A DNA stretch of 54,310 nt, taken from the NCBI RefSeq assembly GCF_000143415.4, contig NW_003314277.1, positions 2,372,711 through 2,427,020 on the forward strand, in the 5' to 3' direction. The position numbers and the translations under genes are program-made. The notes beneath the pieces are model-generated. The model was not told the DNA's origin. It did no database searches and saw only the letters and a list, made by a program, of their open reading frames with translations. Below are positions 10,158 through 22,429 of this stretch, piece by piece. Position 1 is the stretch's first letter; each line of letters starts with the position of its first letter. The stretch comes from Selaginella moellendorffii (Eukaryota; Plantae; Lycopodiophyta).

Positions 10158-13100
10158 CTAGTCGTCGGTTCCGCCATAGATGTTGGCCATGAGGACGTAC
10201 GCCGGTCCGTACGCCGCGTCCAGCCTTTGGAGGTTTTGGAAGGCCAGCCTCGCGATCTTCACATTCTTCCACTTGTGACAAGCGCTGAGAATCGCCGTCC
10301 AGGCCACGGAAGAATTCGATGGCGATTCTTCCAAGAGCTTGGACGACTCCACCATCGCCACTGCTGATTCGAGCTCGTTGTTCCTGCCAAGGATATCGAC
10401 CATGCAAACGTAGTGCTCGATGCCTGGAGAAACTCCATACCTCGGCTCCATCGCATGGAAGTAGCTCTTTGCTCGATCGGCCAGGCCGGCGTGGCTGAAT
10501 CCAGTGAGCAGCGACACGAAAGTCACTGCCTCGGGCTTGAGTTCTTCGTGCCGCATTTGCCGAAACATTCCAGCAGCGTTTTCCATGTCTCCCTGTCGGC
10601 TGTATCCCGAGATCAGCGCCGCGAAAGCCACCGAGTCCCTGCGAGTTTGCTTGTCAAAGACATGCCGGGAATGAACCATGCAGCCGCATTTACCGTAGAA
10701 GTCGACCAGGCATGTCTCGAGAACTGGATCGTCTTCCAGGCCGTGACGGGAGAGACGAGCGTGGATCGCTTTGCCGGTGTCCATGGCGACGACGCTACCG
10801 CAGGCCTTGAGCGCCGCGGCCAAAGTCCGGGGATCCTGCTCAAACCCGTTAGCTTGCATCCAGAAGAAGATCTCGAGAGCTAGCTCACCTTGGTCGCCGT
10901 CGGCGTATCCCTGGATCAAGGCGTTCCACGAGACGGTTGTGTGGGACTCCATCTTGTCGAACACTCGACGAGCGTCGAGCACACTCCAGCACTTTGCGTA
11001 CATGTCCACCAGCGTGTTTCCCACGAAGATCTTCGTGTCGTCGCCTCCACTAGCGGCTTGCGAATGGACAGCCATCCCTTTGTCCAGTGATCCGAGCTTT
11101 GCGAGCATGCCATCCATTTGCTTCGGCTCTTCCTTCGACGCCAGGCCAGCGCAGGCCTTGAAAGCAGCGACGTAAGTGAGAGGATCTGGAGTGATGCCTT
11201 CGTCTCGCATCCTCGCAAACAGCTCTAGCACGGCCTCAAACTCGTCGGTGTCGGCGTATCCCAGCAGCAGCACAGTCCAGGATATCACATCCCTGTTTTC
11301 CATCTTCTCGAAATGCTGCCGTGTGTCTGCCATGCTTCCACACTTCACGAACATATCCAACACCGTGTTGAGGAGAAAAATGTTGGTAGAGTCACCGCAG
11401 CTCTCGACGGCCTGAGAGTAAATGCCCGTTCCTCTCTGCAGCGTTTTCACCTTCACGAGCTTTCCGTTGAATTGCTTGGCTTCTTCTTTTTCTGCTAGGC
11501 AGCAGCAGGCCTTCAATGCTGCAACGAACGTCCGAGAGTTTGGAGAGCAGCCTCGAGTTTTCATGCGCTCGAAAAACTCCAAGGCTAGCTCTCCCTCCCC
11601 GTTTTCAGCGTAGCCGAGAACCATCACTGTCCAGGAGACGACGCTGCGTGAAGCCATGCCGTCAAACACCCTTCTCGCATCCAGCATGCTCCCACACTTG
11701 GCATAAAAATCCATCGCGGTGTTTGAGACGAGCATGTCAGTGTGGAAGTTGCTCTTGACGGCTTGCAAGTAAATCTCGGTTCCCAGTTGCAGTGACTCGG
11801 TCCTCACCAGCCTTCCATCCACTTCCTTGGACTCCTCTCTCGATGCTAGAGCAATGCAAGCTTTGAGTGCGGCCACGAACGTCAGAGCATCTGGAGCACA
11901 CCCTTCGGACTTCATGCGTTGGAAAAGCTCCATTGCCTGTTCCCCTTCTCCATTTTCCGCATGTCCCAGCATGATCGACGTCCACAAAACCACGTCTTTG
12001 CAAACCATCTTCTCGAAAACCTTGCGAGCTGCAGCGACATCACCACACTTCGCGTACAAATCCACTAAGCTGCTGGCCACGAACATGTGCGACTCGTATC
12101 CCCGTTCGGCAGCTCGAGAGTGGATGTCGACGCATTTTCTCAGAGTCTCGTTATTCACGGGTTTGCCATCTAGTTTCCTTCCTTTCTCCATAGCTGCCTG
12201 AATAGCGCAAGCCTTCAAGGCCGCAACGAAAGACTGCGCGTTGGTCCCGGACTCTATAGCTTCCATCTTTGCAAACAAGTCGAGAGCAAGCTGCTCTTTT
12301 CCATTCTCGACATACCCCAGCACCAAGGCATTGAAAGTAGCGGCATCGCAGCACGCCATTCTCTCAAACACCCTTCCAGCATCCACCATGCTTCCCAACT
12401 TTGCGTAGAGCTGGACCAGCGAGCTTGCGACAAATATGTTGGAGTCGCAGCAAAACTTCGCAGCTTCACTGTGGAGATCCATGCACGTCTCTAAAACCCG
12501 GAGCTTACACGGCCTTCCACTGACTTGAGTCTCGTCCCCTGACAGGTTTGCACAGCCTTTCAGGGCCGCGACGAACGTAAGAAAATTCGGTGGAGCTCCA
12601 GTCTGCCGCATTCTCGCAAATAGCTCTACTGCCGCCTCTGCTTCTCCGTTGTCCACTGTCCCAAGAATTATAGCGTTCCAGGAAACGACGTTGTGACAAG
12701 GCATCTTCTCAAACACCATCCGAGCGTTTTCCAAGCTTCCACATCTAGCATACATACTGACGAGAGTGCTCGCGACGAAAACGTCTTGTAAGCCAGTGCT
12801 GCGTCGAACTTGAGCGTGAATAGCCAGGCCCTTCTGCAAAGCCTCGATTTTCACAAGCTTTTCTCCAATCTATAGATTTTCCAATTTAGCTAGAAGCGAA
12901 AGAAGAAAAGAAAAAAGCTTACTTGCTTGGGCGATTCCTTGGCTGCAAGACCAGTGCACGCCTTGATCGCAGAAACAATGCTTCTCGCGTCGGGAACACA
13001 CCCTTGAGCTTGCATGCGATGGAAAGCATCCAAAGCTACTTGTTCTTCACCGATCTCCACATAGCCGAGGATCAAAGTGTTCCAAGTCACGACGTTGTGG

Positions 13101-13533
13101 CGAGGAATGGAGTCGAAGACTTTGCGAGCATCTTCCATGCTGCCACACTTGGCGTACATGTTGAGAAGGCTGCTAGCCACAAAGAAGTTTGAGGCTTCCC
13201 CGGTCTTTGTAGCATCTGCGTGACAGACTTTCCCCTTGTCTAAGTCTCTCGACACTGTGCATGCCTTGATAGCAGCCAGCAAAGAAGCTCTTACCTCGTC
13301 GCGAGAAGAATCACACCGCCCATGGGCCACATTACGGCTTGCAAGCTCTCCAGAAGACCACTGGAAGAGCACCAAGAGAAATCGATAAGAAAACGCGAAG
13401 AACAGCGAGATTATACCTGTGAAATGTGTATCGACTTGATATGGCAGAGATTGCGACCAGCGAAGAGGATTTTGATCCCTTGGTGCCCGATTCTTCCAAG
13501 AAAACGAAAGATCTCCACACCCGCATTTTTCAT
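10158..13533 (-). CDS. PLS-class pentatricopeptide repeat protein with E domain, no DYW (~1088 aa); probable organellar RNA-editing specificity factor
   Basis: Exons 13533-13417 (basic, transit-peptide-like), 13360-12923 and 12869-10158 with phase-0 GT-AG introns. Repeated LVDMYAKCGS..DARRVF..M..DVVSW motifs. Ends HYVCMVDILGR...WTAILSAC...YVLMANIY. Confidence 0.93.
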
Positions 13534-13632
13534 CCAAAATCTCTACTCCATCGCGAAGATTTTGATCCCTTGGAACCCGATTCTTCCAAGAAAATGAATG
13601 ATCTTCGACGCACCCGCATTCTACTCCATCAA
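13455..13632. repeat. ~90-bp imperfect tandem duplication over the PPR start codon
   Basis: gcgaaga..ttttgatcccttgg..cccgattcttccaagaaaa...gatct...cacccgcatt..ctactccatc occurs twice. Confidence 0.8.
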
Positions 13633-13680
13633 ACGAGCTGGCATCCCGCCCTGTATTGCGAGATCACGCTCATTTTCTAC

Positions 13681-13716
13681 AAACCCTAGTTCTTCCCTCC
13701 CACGGGGTTTAGGGTT
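13681..13716. promoter_or_regulatory. Two oppositely oriented telo-box motifs in the ~190-bp PPR/Nup88 head-to-head promoter
   Basis: AAACCCTAG at 13681 and TTTAGGGTT at ~13708. Confidence 0.5.
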
Positions 13717-13726
13717 CTTCCACAAA

Positions 13727-16506
13727 ATGGCGAGAGTGAAGCTGGAAGGCGCCGGTATTTTCAAGTCGATGGCGATCGATCCCGCCGGCCTCGCAGTGGC
13801 TGAGGCGGCATTCACGCCTCTCAATCTCCTGGCATACGATGGCGCTGGTCGAATTTTCATGTGGGATCTCGAGCGCCGGCTGCTCCATTCTCTCCAGATC
13901 GAGGATTCTACCCTCGATGATCAGTCGGAGTCCCTCTATGCAGCGAGTGAGAGCAAGGTGAGCTCAAAATTACCTCCATTTTCTTTGATCGATGAGAATG
14001 TAGATAGACCTTGAAGCTCAGCACAGACGTTTCCTTTGCTGTGAGGAGTCTCAAGCTGAATCGAACGGGAGAGCTGCTGTTACTGGCTGGTGAAAGAGCT
14101 CTCATGTTCGTGAGTGTGGTCTCGCAAGCTTCACAGCCATGCCGGTAAGTTTGTCATCATCCACAGCGTTGTTTTTCCTTGATTACTCTTCTTTCTTTTT
14201 GGCAGATCTGGAATGATTGCTGGGGATATGTTTAATGGCCGGTCTCTGCGAGTACTTCATGCCGCTTGGCATCCTTACAGTGAAACGCACCTTGGAGTGC
14301 TATCCTCGGACGGGGTTTTCAGGTATGAATTCGTCAGTAGTGACAGCGCTTGAGGTAATGAGTTTCCCTTCCAGACTATACAACTTAGCTGGAGATATCA
14401 CGGTGCCAGAACAAGAGTACCACTTGCAGATTGGTGCTCGCTCCAAACCATATTGTCGCGCGGTATCATTTGCTTTTGGCGGTGAGCACTTTTGGGACCG
14501 GTTTACGGTAAGAAGTTGGTTTTTCCTCAGGGTACGAAACTTCTATCATCAATAATTTTTACAAGGTTTTTGTTCTTCTTACGGATGCATCGATCTATGC
14601 TCTTTGTCCCATAGTGCCATTTGGAAGGTAAAAATGCGTAGAGTATGAAGTCAGTGATTTACAAAAGCTTTTTGCAGCCTTCATTATGGTTCAAGTCTTA
14701 AAGATCTGGCCGGCCAAGTGTCGAACAACTCTCCCACGGCAAAGGAAAGCTCGAGGCTTGCAGCTGTTTGGCTCGAGATTGTCTTCCCGGAGCTTGGTGA
14801 TGCTGAAAAAGAGCTGGAAACCTCGTCAGTGTTTAGAGCTCGTCCCCAGGTTCCCTTCAATGCGTCGTTGGTGCTGCAGGTATGCCACTTGATTTTTTCT
14901 TTACTTCCCGGTTCTTATAGTATGTTGTGCGCAGGGGCCTCTTCCCAAACTATCTGGACGTGAGAATGATCACAAAATATCGAGCTATGCCACTGGGATG
15001 CTGTATAATACCGCTGGGAAGGATAGCGTCATTACCGTGTGCACAAAAAACGGGGAGATGTTCTTTTATGCGATTGCTGATGAAGTCCATCCTATGTGGA
15101 GCTTGGACAACAACCCCAAACTTCTCCAAGACGATCTAGGCGATTTGGTAACTTTGGCAATGCTCGTGGAACCGAGCGCAGAGAAAGATGACGCTGCACA
15201 AACTGCCGACGAGGACACGGAAGAAAAGGAAGAGGAGCAGTTTATCGGACCGAATCCACCGCTTTTGCATTTGGCGTCGGTTGATCTAGCACTGGACACA
15301 GAGGTTTACAATGCCAGTCCTTTGGGAATATTTTCGGACCCTCTTGTCCCCGAGCGGATATATTGTCATCATGCGATGGGACTCGACACCATCCAGCTTC
15401 AGTGGTTACCATTTTCAGATACGTTTTCTGGTGAGAGCAGGGAACCGCCTATTGTGTTTCCAGTTCTCGAAACATCGGCCTCAGGAAACTCTGCTCCTGT
15501 TCCTCTTCTCGGTGCTACTGTAATTCTCCAGTCTTCCGGCGATACATGGCTGGTGGTTCTTACAGCTTCGGGAAACTGTGCTGTTGTACACATGAAACCG
15601 CATCGACCTCTTCCTCCAGTTGCTATCGAGGACACCAGTATTCCAGCGACAAACTCCGACCAACCTTCGCTCAAGCTTATCAGCAGTGATTTGCTGCTCG
15701 GACCGAAAGATATACACATCCCTCTGGTACAACTGATTCGCACCTTGAGATGCATGTCTTACATTCTGTGCAGATTTCGGCTTCTACACCTCTTACTTTG
15801 AATACTGTTGAAGGTCGCTCCATCCTTCACGATCAAGGCAAGCTGCTGCACGAAAAATATATTGAGTATGCACACAGGGTATGGCTTTCTACGTTTGATG
15901 TTTCATGGTTTTAGTTATGATATGACGAAACAGGTGCACGTCGAGCTCAAGTCTCATCATAAGTACCTCGGTCACGTTGTTCAAGATCTGCAAAGGCAGC
16001 TGCGTCAAGTGACTGGCGAGCTTGATCAAGCTCAAAGTAACTTGGACTCCTTCGTAACTCGCATACAGCGAGCATTTGAGAAGAACGTGCAGTTACAGGA
16101 GCGAATTCGGGAATGCAACAAGCTGCCAGCTTTGAAACAAAAGGTTCTGACAGTCGCAGAGCGGGAGTTCAAAGATCTTCTGGGTATGCCACACATATAT
16201 ACGGAAAACATATTCACCTGACCTTACTGTTTCTGTGACGCAGATAGAAAAATGAATCAGGACGTCGATATCCTACAGTCTGCAGTGGAATCACTTACCT
16301 TGCGCGCTGAACGTGTTGCCAAAAAGAAAGTTGGTCTTAACAGTGCTGGACGCCGGAACAGCCCAAAGCTTGCGGTTCCAGACAGTAAAATGCGAACTAT
16401 GAGGCAAGCATTAGACAAGCTGGGGCAATACATTGAACTCTCAAGTCGAAGAATAGACATTCTGGATCAAACGGTGAAACGAAAGGAGAGTCAGCTGGAA
16501 TCCTGA
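13727..16506 (+). CDS. NUP88: Nuclear pore complex protein Nup88 (MOS7 homologue), multi-exon
   Basis: NLLAYDGAGRIFMWD, LRVLHAAWHPYSETHLGVLSSDGVFRLYNL, PEQEYHL, FGGEHFWDRFTV, LCPIVPFG and DPLVPERIYCHH motifs, plus a C-terminal coiled coil. Many ~50-bp introns. Confidence 0.9.
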
Positions 16507-17116
16507 GAATGTACGTGCGGCTGTAGTACTACATTCAGGTAACGATTTCCAATGCTTTGGAGTTATCCGATTAACAGATTCTTTACAGATTAATTCTTCT
16601 GTTTTGTTGGAAGAACAAAAGTAAGCATTGCTTCGAGTTGCAAACTAGCAATTGCTTTACAGCAGTCCAAGTACTGGACATGTGCCACAAGTCTGCTAGC
16701 TCTGGTTCGCTTTCTTTTTTCGGGTTTTATTATTAAAGGTAAAGTAGAGGAGACAGTCCGTGAATGGGAATGGTGGACCATCAATCCAGACTTGGAGTGG
16801 GTAAACACTTTACTTTGGCATGGGAAGGTTTGCTATGCTTCTTACTTGGCCTTAGCTCGTCTTTGTTGTAGCGGAGCTGTCAGCTGCAGCGGTAATTCAT
16901 CAGCAAGCAGGGGTCTCTGTCAACATCCTTTGCCTTCTGCGTCGAAATTGACTTCGCTTCCCCATCGCAGCAGCGTTTAAATCACTGAGGACACAAACAT
17001 CATCATGGTGGCAATGCGTGTAAAGAAGAAACGCGACACTCATACTCAATCGAGAAGCCCAGTCAAGGTAGGCCAAAAATCACCCCTTTCTTGCTGTTTT
17101 GCTAACTTCTCTACAG

Positions 17117-18772
17117 ATGGGAGGAATAGCAGCTCTTCTAGCAATTCTCCTACTTGTCTACGCGCAAGAAACATCAGCAGAGCTGAGAAGCCCCGGAACA
17201 TGGAACCTGCTGGTGAACAATGCAGGAATCTCCGCAATGCACATGGTTCTCACGCACAACAACAAGGTGATCCTCTTCGACGGCTTCAGCTCGGGTCCTT
17301 CCAACATCAGCCAGCCGAGTGGAGAATGCAAGAACACCGGAAGTCGAATCCCGGGGAAGCTCGACTGCAGCGCACACTCGGTTGAGTACGACGTCGCTAC
17401 CAACACCATCCGGCCGCTAACAATCTACACAGACACCTGGTGCTCGTCGGCGGTCACTATAGCAGACGGTACGCTTGTCCAGGTTGGTGGTCTCAACAAT
17501 GGCTCACAGACCGTGCGGCACCTCGCTGCCTGCCAGAGATGCGACTGGGTTGAATCACGCCAGAGGCTCGCGGTGAAGCGGCGGTTTTCGAGCAGCCATC
17601 TCTTGCCGGACAACCGCGTTATTGTCGTCGGTGGCCGCGGACAGTTTAGCTACGAGTTTGTCCCCAGGCAGGACAACGAAGGCGTCCACGAGCTCTCGTT
17701 CTTGGCGGAGACCAACGATCTATCGCAGGACAACCTCTACCCGTTCGTCCATCTCACACCGGATGGGAACCTGTTCGTGTTCGCAAACTCCGATTCCATT
17801 CTCCTCGACTACAAGACCGGCAAAGTCGTCAAGCGGTTTCCCAGAATGCCAGGCCTCGAGGCTCGAAACTACCCGTCCTCGGGCTCCTCAGTGATGCTGG
17901 CACTCGAGGGAGCGTCCGACTACTCGGACGCGCAGATCCTCGTCTGTGGAGGCGCCGATCCATACAACTACGCGCAGGCCAGCCGGGGGAACTTCCTCAA
18001 CGCGTCGCAAAACTGTGGCAGAATCAAAGTGGGCGACGCGTCGCCGAGCTGGGCGATGGAGGCCATGCCGATGCCGCGCGTCATGGGCGACATGCTCTTG
18101 CTTCCAACCGGGGACGTGCTCATTATCAACGGCGCACAGCGCGGTACCGCCGGGTGGCGCAACGCCCGCAACCCAGCACTCCATCCAGTGCTCTACAAGC
18201 CAAACTTGAAGCTCTACAACCGGTTCCAGACGCTCACCGCCGCTTCTCGCCCGAGGCTCCACCACTCATCCGCCATCCTCCTTCCAGACGCCAGCGTCCT
18301 TGTCGGCGGTAGCAATCCAAACGGGCGGTACTCGTTCGCCACTGCCACAGACGGGGTCTATCCAACCGACGTCTCACTCGAGGTGTTCTCTCCGCCTTAT
18401 CTCGACTCGGACTATGCCGCGCGGCGTCCCAGCGTCACCTCGGTCAGCACCGCCAGCCCCGCCCACGGCGCCCGGCTCACCGTGCGGTACCGCCTGCGAG
18501 GACACTTCTTCCCCGGTACCACCAGCGTCGCACTGCTCGCGCCACCTTTTGCCAGCCACGCGGTCTCCATGGGCCAGAGAATGATACGGCTACCACTCCA
18601 CAATGTGACGCTCGTGGACGATGCTCCAGCCTCCATCTCTGGCCGAGTCCCAACTTACGAGATCGAGACCACGGCTCCTCGCAGCGCCAGCGTTGCTCCC
18701 AGCGGTTACTATATGCTCTTCGTCGTCCATGCCGGACTTCCAAGCCATGCTACCTGGATCAATCTAATGTGA
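17117..18772 (+). CDS. Secreted glyoxal oxidase / galactose-oxidase-family (AA5, GLOX-like) protein with substituted copper-radical tyrosines
   Basis: Signal peptide; GISAMHM, DTWCSS, NLYPFVHL, RNYPSSGSSVML, PRVMGDM..LPTGDVLIINGA, VLVGGSNP and APSGYYMLFVV motifs. Intronless CDS. Confidence 0.93.
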   Translation: MGGIAALLAILLLVYAQETSAELRSPGTWNLLVNNAGISAMHMVLTHNNKVILFDGFSSGPSNISQPSGECKNTGSRIPGKLDCSAHSVEYDVATNTIRPLTIYTDTWCSSAVTIADGTLVQVGGLNNGSQTVRHLAACQRCDWVESRQRLAVKRRFSSSHLLPDNRVIVVGGRGQFSYEFVPRQDNEGVHELSFLAETNDLSQDNLYPFVHLTPDGNLFVFANSDSILLDYKTGKVVKRFPRMPGLEARNYPSSGSSVMLALEGASDYSDAQILVCGGADPYNYAQASRGNFLNASQNCGRIKVGDASPSWAMEAMPMPRVMGDMLLLPTGDVLIINGAQRGTAGWRNARNPALHPVLYKPNLKLYNRFQTLTAASRPRLHHSSAILLPDASVLVGGSNPNGRYSFATATDGVYPTDVSLEVFSPPYLDSDYAARRPSVTSVSTASPAHGARLTVRYRLRGHFFPGTTSVALLAPPFASHAVSMGQRMIRLPLHNVTLVDDAPASISGRVPTYEIETTAPRSASVAPSGYYMLFVVHAGLPSHATWINLM

Positions 18773-19011
18773 TGAGAAGGAAAAACCATAGAATCAAGTA
18801 AAGAGATTTACCAAGTGAAGAACACAGAGCCTGAAATTTCGATCTGGAATATACAAAATGAGAGAAATGACAGCAGCTTCTCTTCACCGGAAAAAGCCTT
18901 GCTACGATTGCTTTGTTAGTCTTTTAACGGATGGAATACTTTCCTGTAAATTCCTGTCTCGTCTCGTTTTCTTCGAAAAACCAAGGAGTGATAAAGACGG
19001 ACGGACCTCGC

Positions 19012-21515
19012 TCAATAGTAGTTCCTGCCTCTCCCACGACCAGCTCGCCACTGCCTCCTTCCGCCGCCACCACCACCTCCGCCTCGAGAGATTCCGGCGA
19101 AGGCCTTGTTGACGAGGTGCTGCTGCTCGGGTTGACGCTGTTGGTGTTGATGTTGCTCGCCTCGAGCCCTCTTTGTGGTCGCTCCATTGTTTGCAGCTGC
19201 TGGACGCTTGGCTCTGTGCGCAAGAGTGAGGCGAAAACAAAGTAAGGAAGCACTCATTGGAAGGAGAGCTTTTCTTACCCCGAATTGGCTGGCGCGGAAG
19301 CCTGTGTCGCTGTGGCTGCGGCTGCGGCGGGCTTAGCCGCCTCCTTCCACGAGGGATTGAAGTTCTTTGGGCCGCCGAGGAACTCTGGTGTTTTTTGTTT
19401 CAAAGGCTGTGGAATGAACACAGTTTAGTGCTCCAAACACGTACGCAAATCAACTACAAACCGTTATCAGCTTCGTGATGTTGTTGCAGGATCTCAGTCC
19501 AACCCCTAATGCTACTTTTTTCGCTTTCTGGAAAATCGCATCGGTGATTAGCTGGAGTTTTCTAGACTGGAAAACTTACTTCTTCTGCTTTTCCGTTCTC
19601 GTCTTTGGCAGCTGGTACTTTAGTCATCCCTTGCGTCAATTTTTTCAGCGTGGATTTCGAAAGGCTTTCCGCAACTTCCAGCCTGATCACAGGCACTGAA
19701 AACGTTAAGGATCTGGTCTACAATGCAATGACTTGCCTCTCAATGAAGTCCTTGTAAAGGTCGGTGAAATCTTCCCCGAGACGGTCAGATGGTTGGCCAG
19801 TCACGATCTTATATCCACAAAGGCTATTTGTAGAATTTGGCGACTGTACATTGTAATAGACTATCAGTAAGAGAAAAGAACATGAGCAGGAATTACCTTA
19901 TGTGCAAGCTGATGAAACGCATATAGCAGGCATTCTACATGCAGATAGTTGAACTCTTCGGTTGTTTTCCTTTTCGGCATGTACTTCTGCATGAAACATA
20001 TAAGCACTACATCAGTCTAACGACATTCATACCTTCAACAACTGCAAGATGGTAGGCAGAAGATTCCTGGCATCTTGCGCCGACGAGAATTGCACACTCT
20101 CGGCAATTTTCTTTAGCAACTCAGTTTTCTTGTCTTCTGGCAGCTGAAGAAACACGACAGCAAATACTATAAATTCGAATACTATAAACAGTGGTACAGA
20201 CCTTATCGAAGGCAGGAAATAAAGACTTGTTAATATAGTTCAGAAACTTGCTGTTTGAAGCGCCCCTCTGGCAGATAGCAAACGCCAATAAGAACAAAGA
20301 ACTTCTTTTTGCATACCGCATAGAAAGGAAGCGACATGAACAAACACGCCATTAAGCGGTCAATGTGATCGGTGTCCTCTACCTATAAATTTTGAGAATG
20401 AGTAGCAGAAAAGGAAACGAAGGTGTGCCTTACTTTGAACTGCGAATCCAAATCAGCCTGCGACTCTACAATTTCCAAAAGCTCCTGCACGCGCTCTTGC
20501 GGAGCTTTCTCGCCAAAAATGCTAAGACTCTTAAGGAACTCCATGAACATTTTAAACTCTGCTCCTGTAACATCTTGTAGGCTCTGTCATCGGTACCACG
20601 AAGTGAGTATAAGAACATTGAGAAAAAGCATTAGTAAGATATCCCACCTTCTTTATTAGATCCGTTACGTGACGCTCCATTTCTTCTTGCGGTTGAAGGA
20701 GGTCATTCTTTAAAGGGAATACCTGGTTCATCGCTACCATAGTTAATAATCTGTTCCCGAAACGATAAAATAACCAACCTTCTCACGGATGAAAGCCAAC
20801 ACTTTCTCGCGGAGGTTCTCGTCGCTGTTTTCAACGTGCTTAAACAGTGCCGTAAGAGTAGCTGCATACCACCCATGCATTAGCACAAAACGCATAAGAC
20901 TCGAATGCTCAGGCCACACCTTTGGCATCTTGTCTTAAGATGGACATGAGAGCTTTCTGAACAGCATCCTTCTCAAGTGGTTCTTCTGCCAAAATGATAA
21001 ACACGTAAGTTAAAACAATAGCGGACAAACCAAGAAAGTTACCTGTAATCAGCAGTTGCCCCAACACATCCGCGACTTTTGGAAGCAAATCTTTGGAATC
21101 CTTGCAAATTGTGGCTAGTCCTCTGACAGCTTGAACAGTAATCTGCAACGAAGGAAACAATCACAAAAACAAAACAGAATTACCAACAGCTGACATATAG
21201 ATCACGCTTACCCCAAGCTCCTCTTCCTCGCATAAATCGAGCTGTGCTTCCAGGCTCCGGACCGACAAGTTGGGGAAGTACTTGAAGTAGCGAGGAATCA
21301 GCTGCGCGGCGAGCTGCTTCACCTTTCCTTTAGACTTTGCTGCTTCTATGATACCGAGGTAGTCACTTTCATTCTGCTAGGAGTCATGCCAGAGTTGGGA
21401 GTGAACTAACAACGAAAAATTGCCACACCTTCGACTTGTCTTCCGAGTTACTAAGTCGTTCCCCATACTCATAGAGCATAGCAATCACCGAATTCTCATC
21501 TGTTTCACTAGCCAT
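19012..21515 (-). CDS. API5: Apoptosis inhibitor 5 homologue, multi-exon
   Basis: LYEYGERLS, KVKQLAAQLIPRYFKYFP, AQLDLCEEEELG, VQAVRGL, KVADVLGQLL, ENLREKVLAFIREKV and NYLHVECLLYAFHQLAHK motifs. C-terminal RG-rich tail. Confidence 0.92.
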
Positions 21516-22080
21516 TTTTCACAGCCGCTGCTTCTTTGTGAGCCAAAACCTTCAAACCTTTTTTCCTTTCCCTGTAGAAAAAAAAATGACGGCGGTTGGG
21601 AGCTTGCAAAACTGGACGCTTCTACACACAGCCCTCGTTGCCATTTGTCGAGACAGGAAGAAAGAAAACCTCGCGACCTAAAACCCGCAATGAAAAGAGG
21701 GAGAGCGTAATGCAGCGGCACTCCAGGAAAGCAATCCAATCCCCCAGAACAGCTACTCCTTCCAGATATTTCACCTTAAGAAGAGATTGATGCGATGGAA
21801 CGATGCGACGACGATGCGAGAGAGAAGGACGCTGGCGCTGGCGCTGGCGCTGCCGGGATTTCGCCAAGGAAGACTGGACACGAACTTACCCCCGGAGAAA
21901 AGCCCTCTCGCCCAGCTCCTCTAGCCCTAAAATAAATTGCAAATTCTAAGAGCCCTTCCCGTACTTTAAGCCAGAACCTGTACGGAGGTCTGGGTTTCGA
22001 TTCCCGGGGCGAGCGCGATGGCGTCAAGAGCTCCTCCGCGGCTATGGCGATGGCGACTACATCCGGCCCTGTCTTTAAAG

Positions 22081-22100
22081 TTAGAGACACGTGTCTCTAA
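22081..22100. promoter_or_regulatory. Perfect 20-bp palindrome centred on a G-box in the divergent API5/NFRKB promoter
   Basis: TTAGAGACACGTGTCTCTAA is its own reverse complement, with core CACGTG. Confidence 0.55.
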
Positions 22101-22429
22101 TGGGGCTGTGTCCTTAGATTTTAGGGCAAGGCGAGAGCGTGATGGCGGCAATGGTGCCTGGCAGTGCTTTGCGGGGGCGATTGGTGATTGCACTCACAAT
22201 TGGTACGTATGCATTGTGAATTTCACTGGATCTCAAGCTGCACTCTTGATTTTGCTCGGGATTCCGTAATTTTTCTATGTGCTGCTTAGAAATTCTTCAT
22301 GAAAGAAGGAAAAGAAGTTTTCGTTCTTTCGCTCTTTCTAAGTGATCTTCTTGGTTTGTTTCTTATTCTTCTTTTCGTTCTTTTCTTCTTCTTTCCTTTT
22401 CAGTGAATTAAAAAGCCTCCAGGAGCGTC

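Noticed and set aside
10078-12699. Many overlapping ORFs within the PPR genes (also within GLOX, P450 and 29574-31250)
   Set aside because: Shadow ORFs from GC-rich codon usage.
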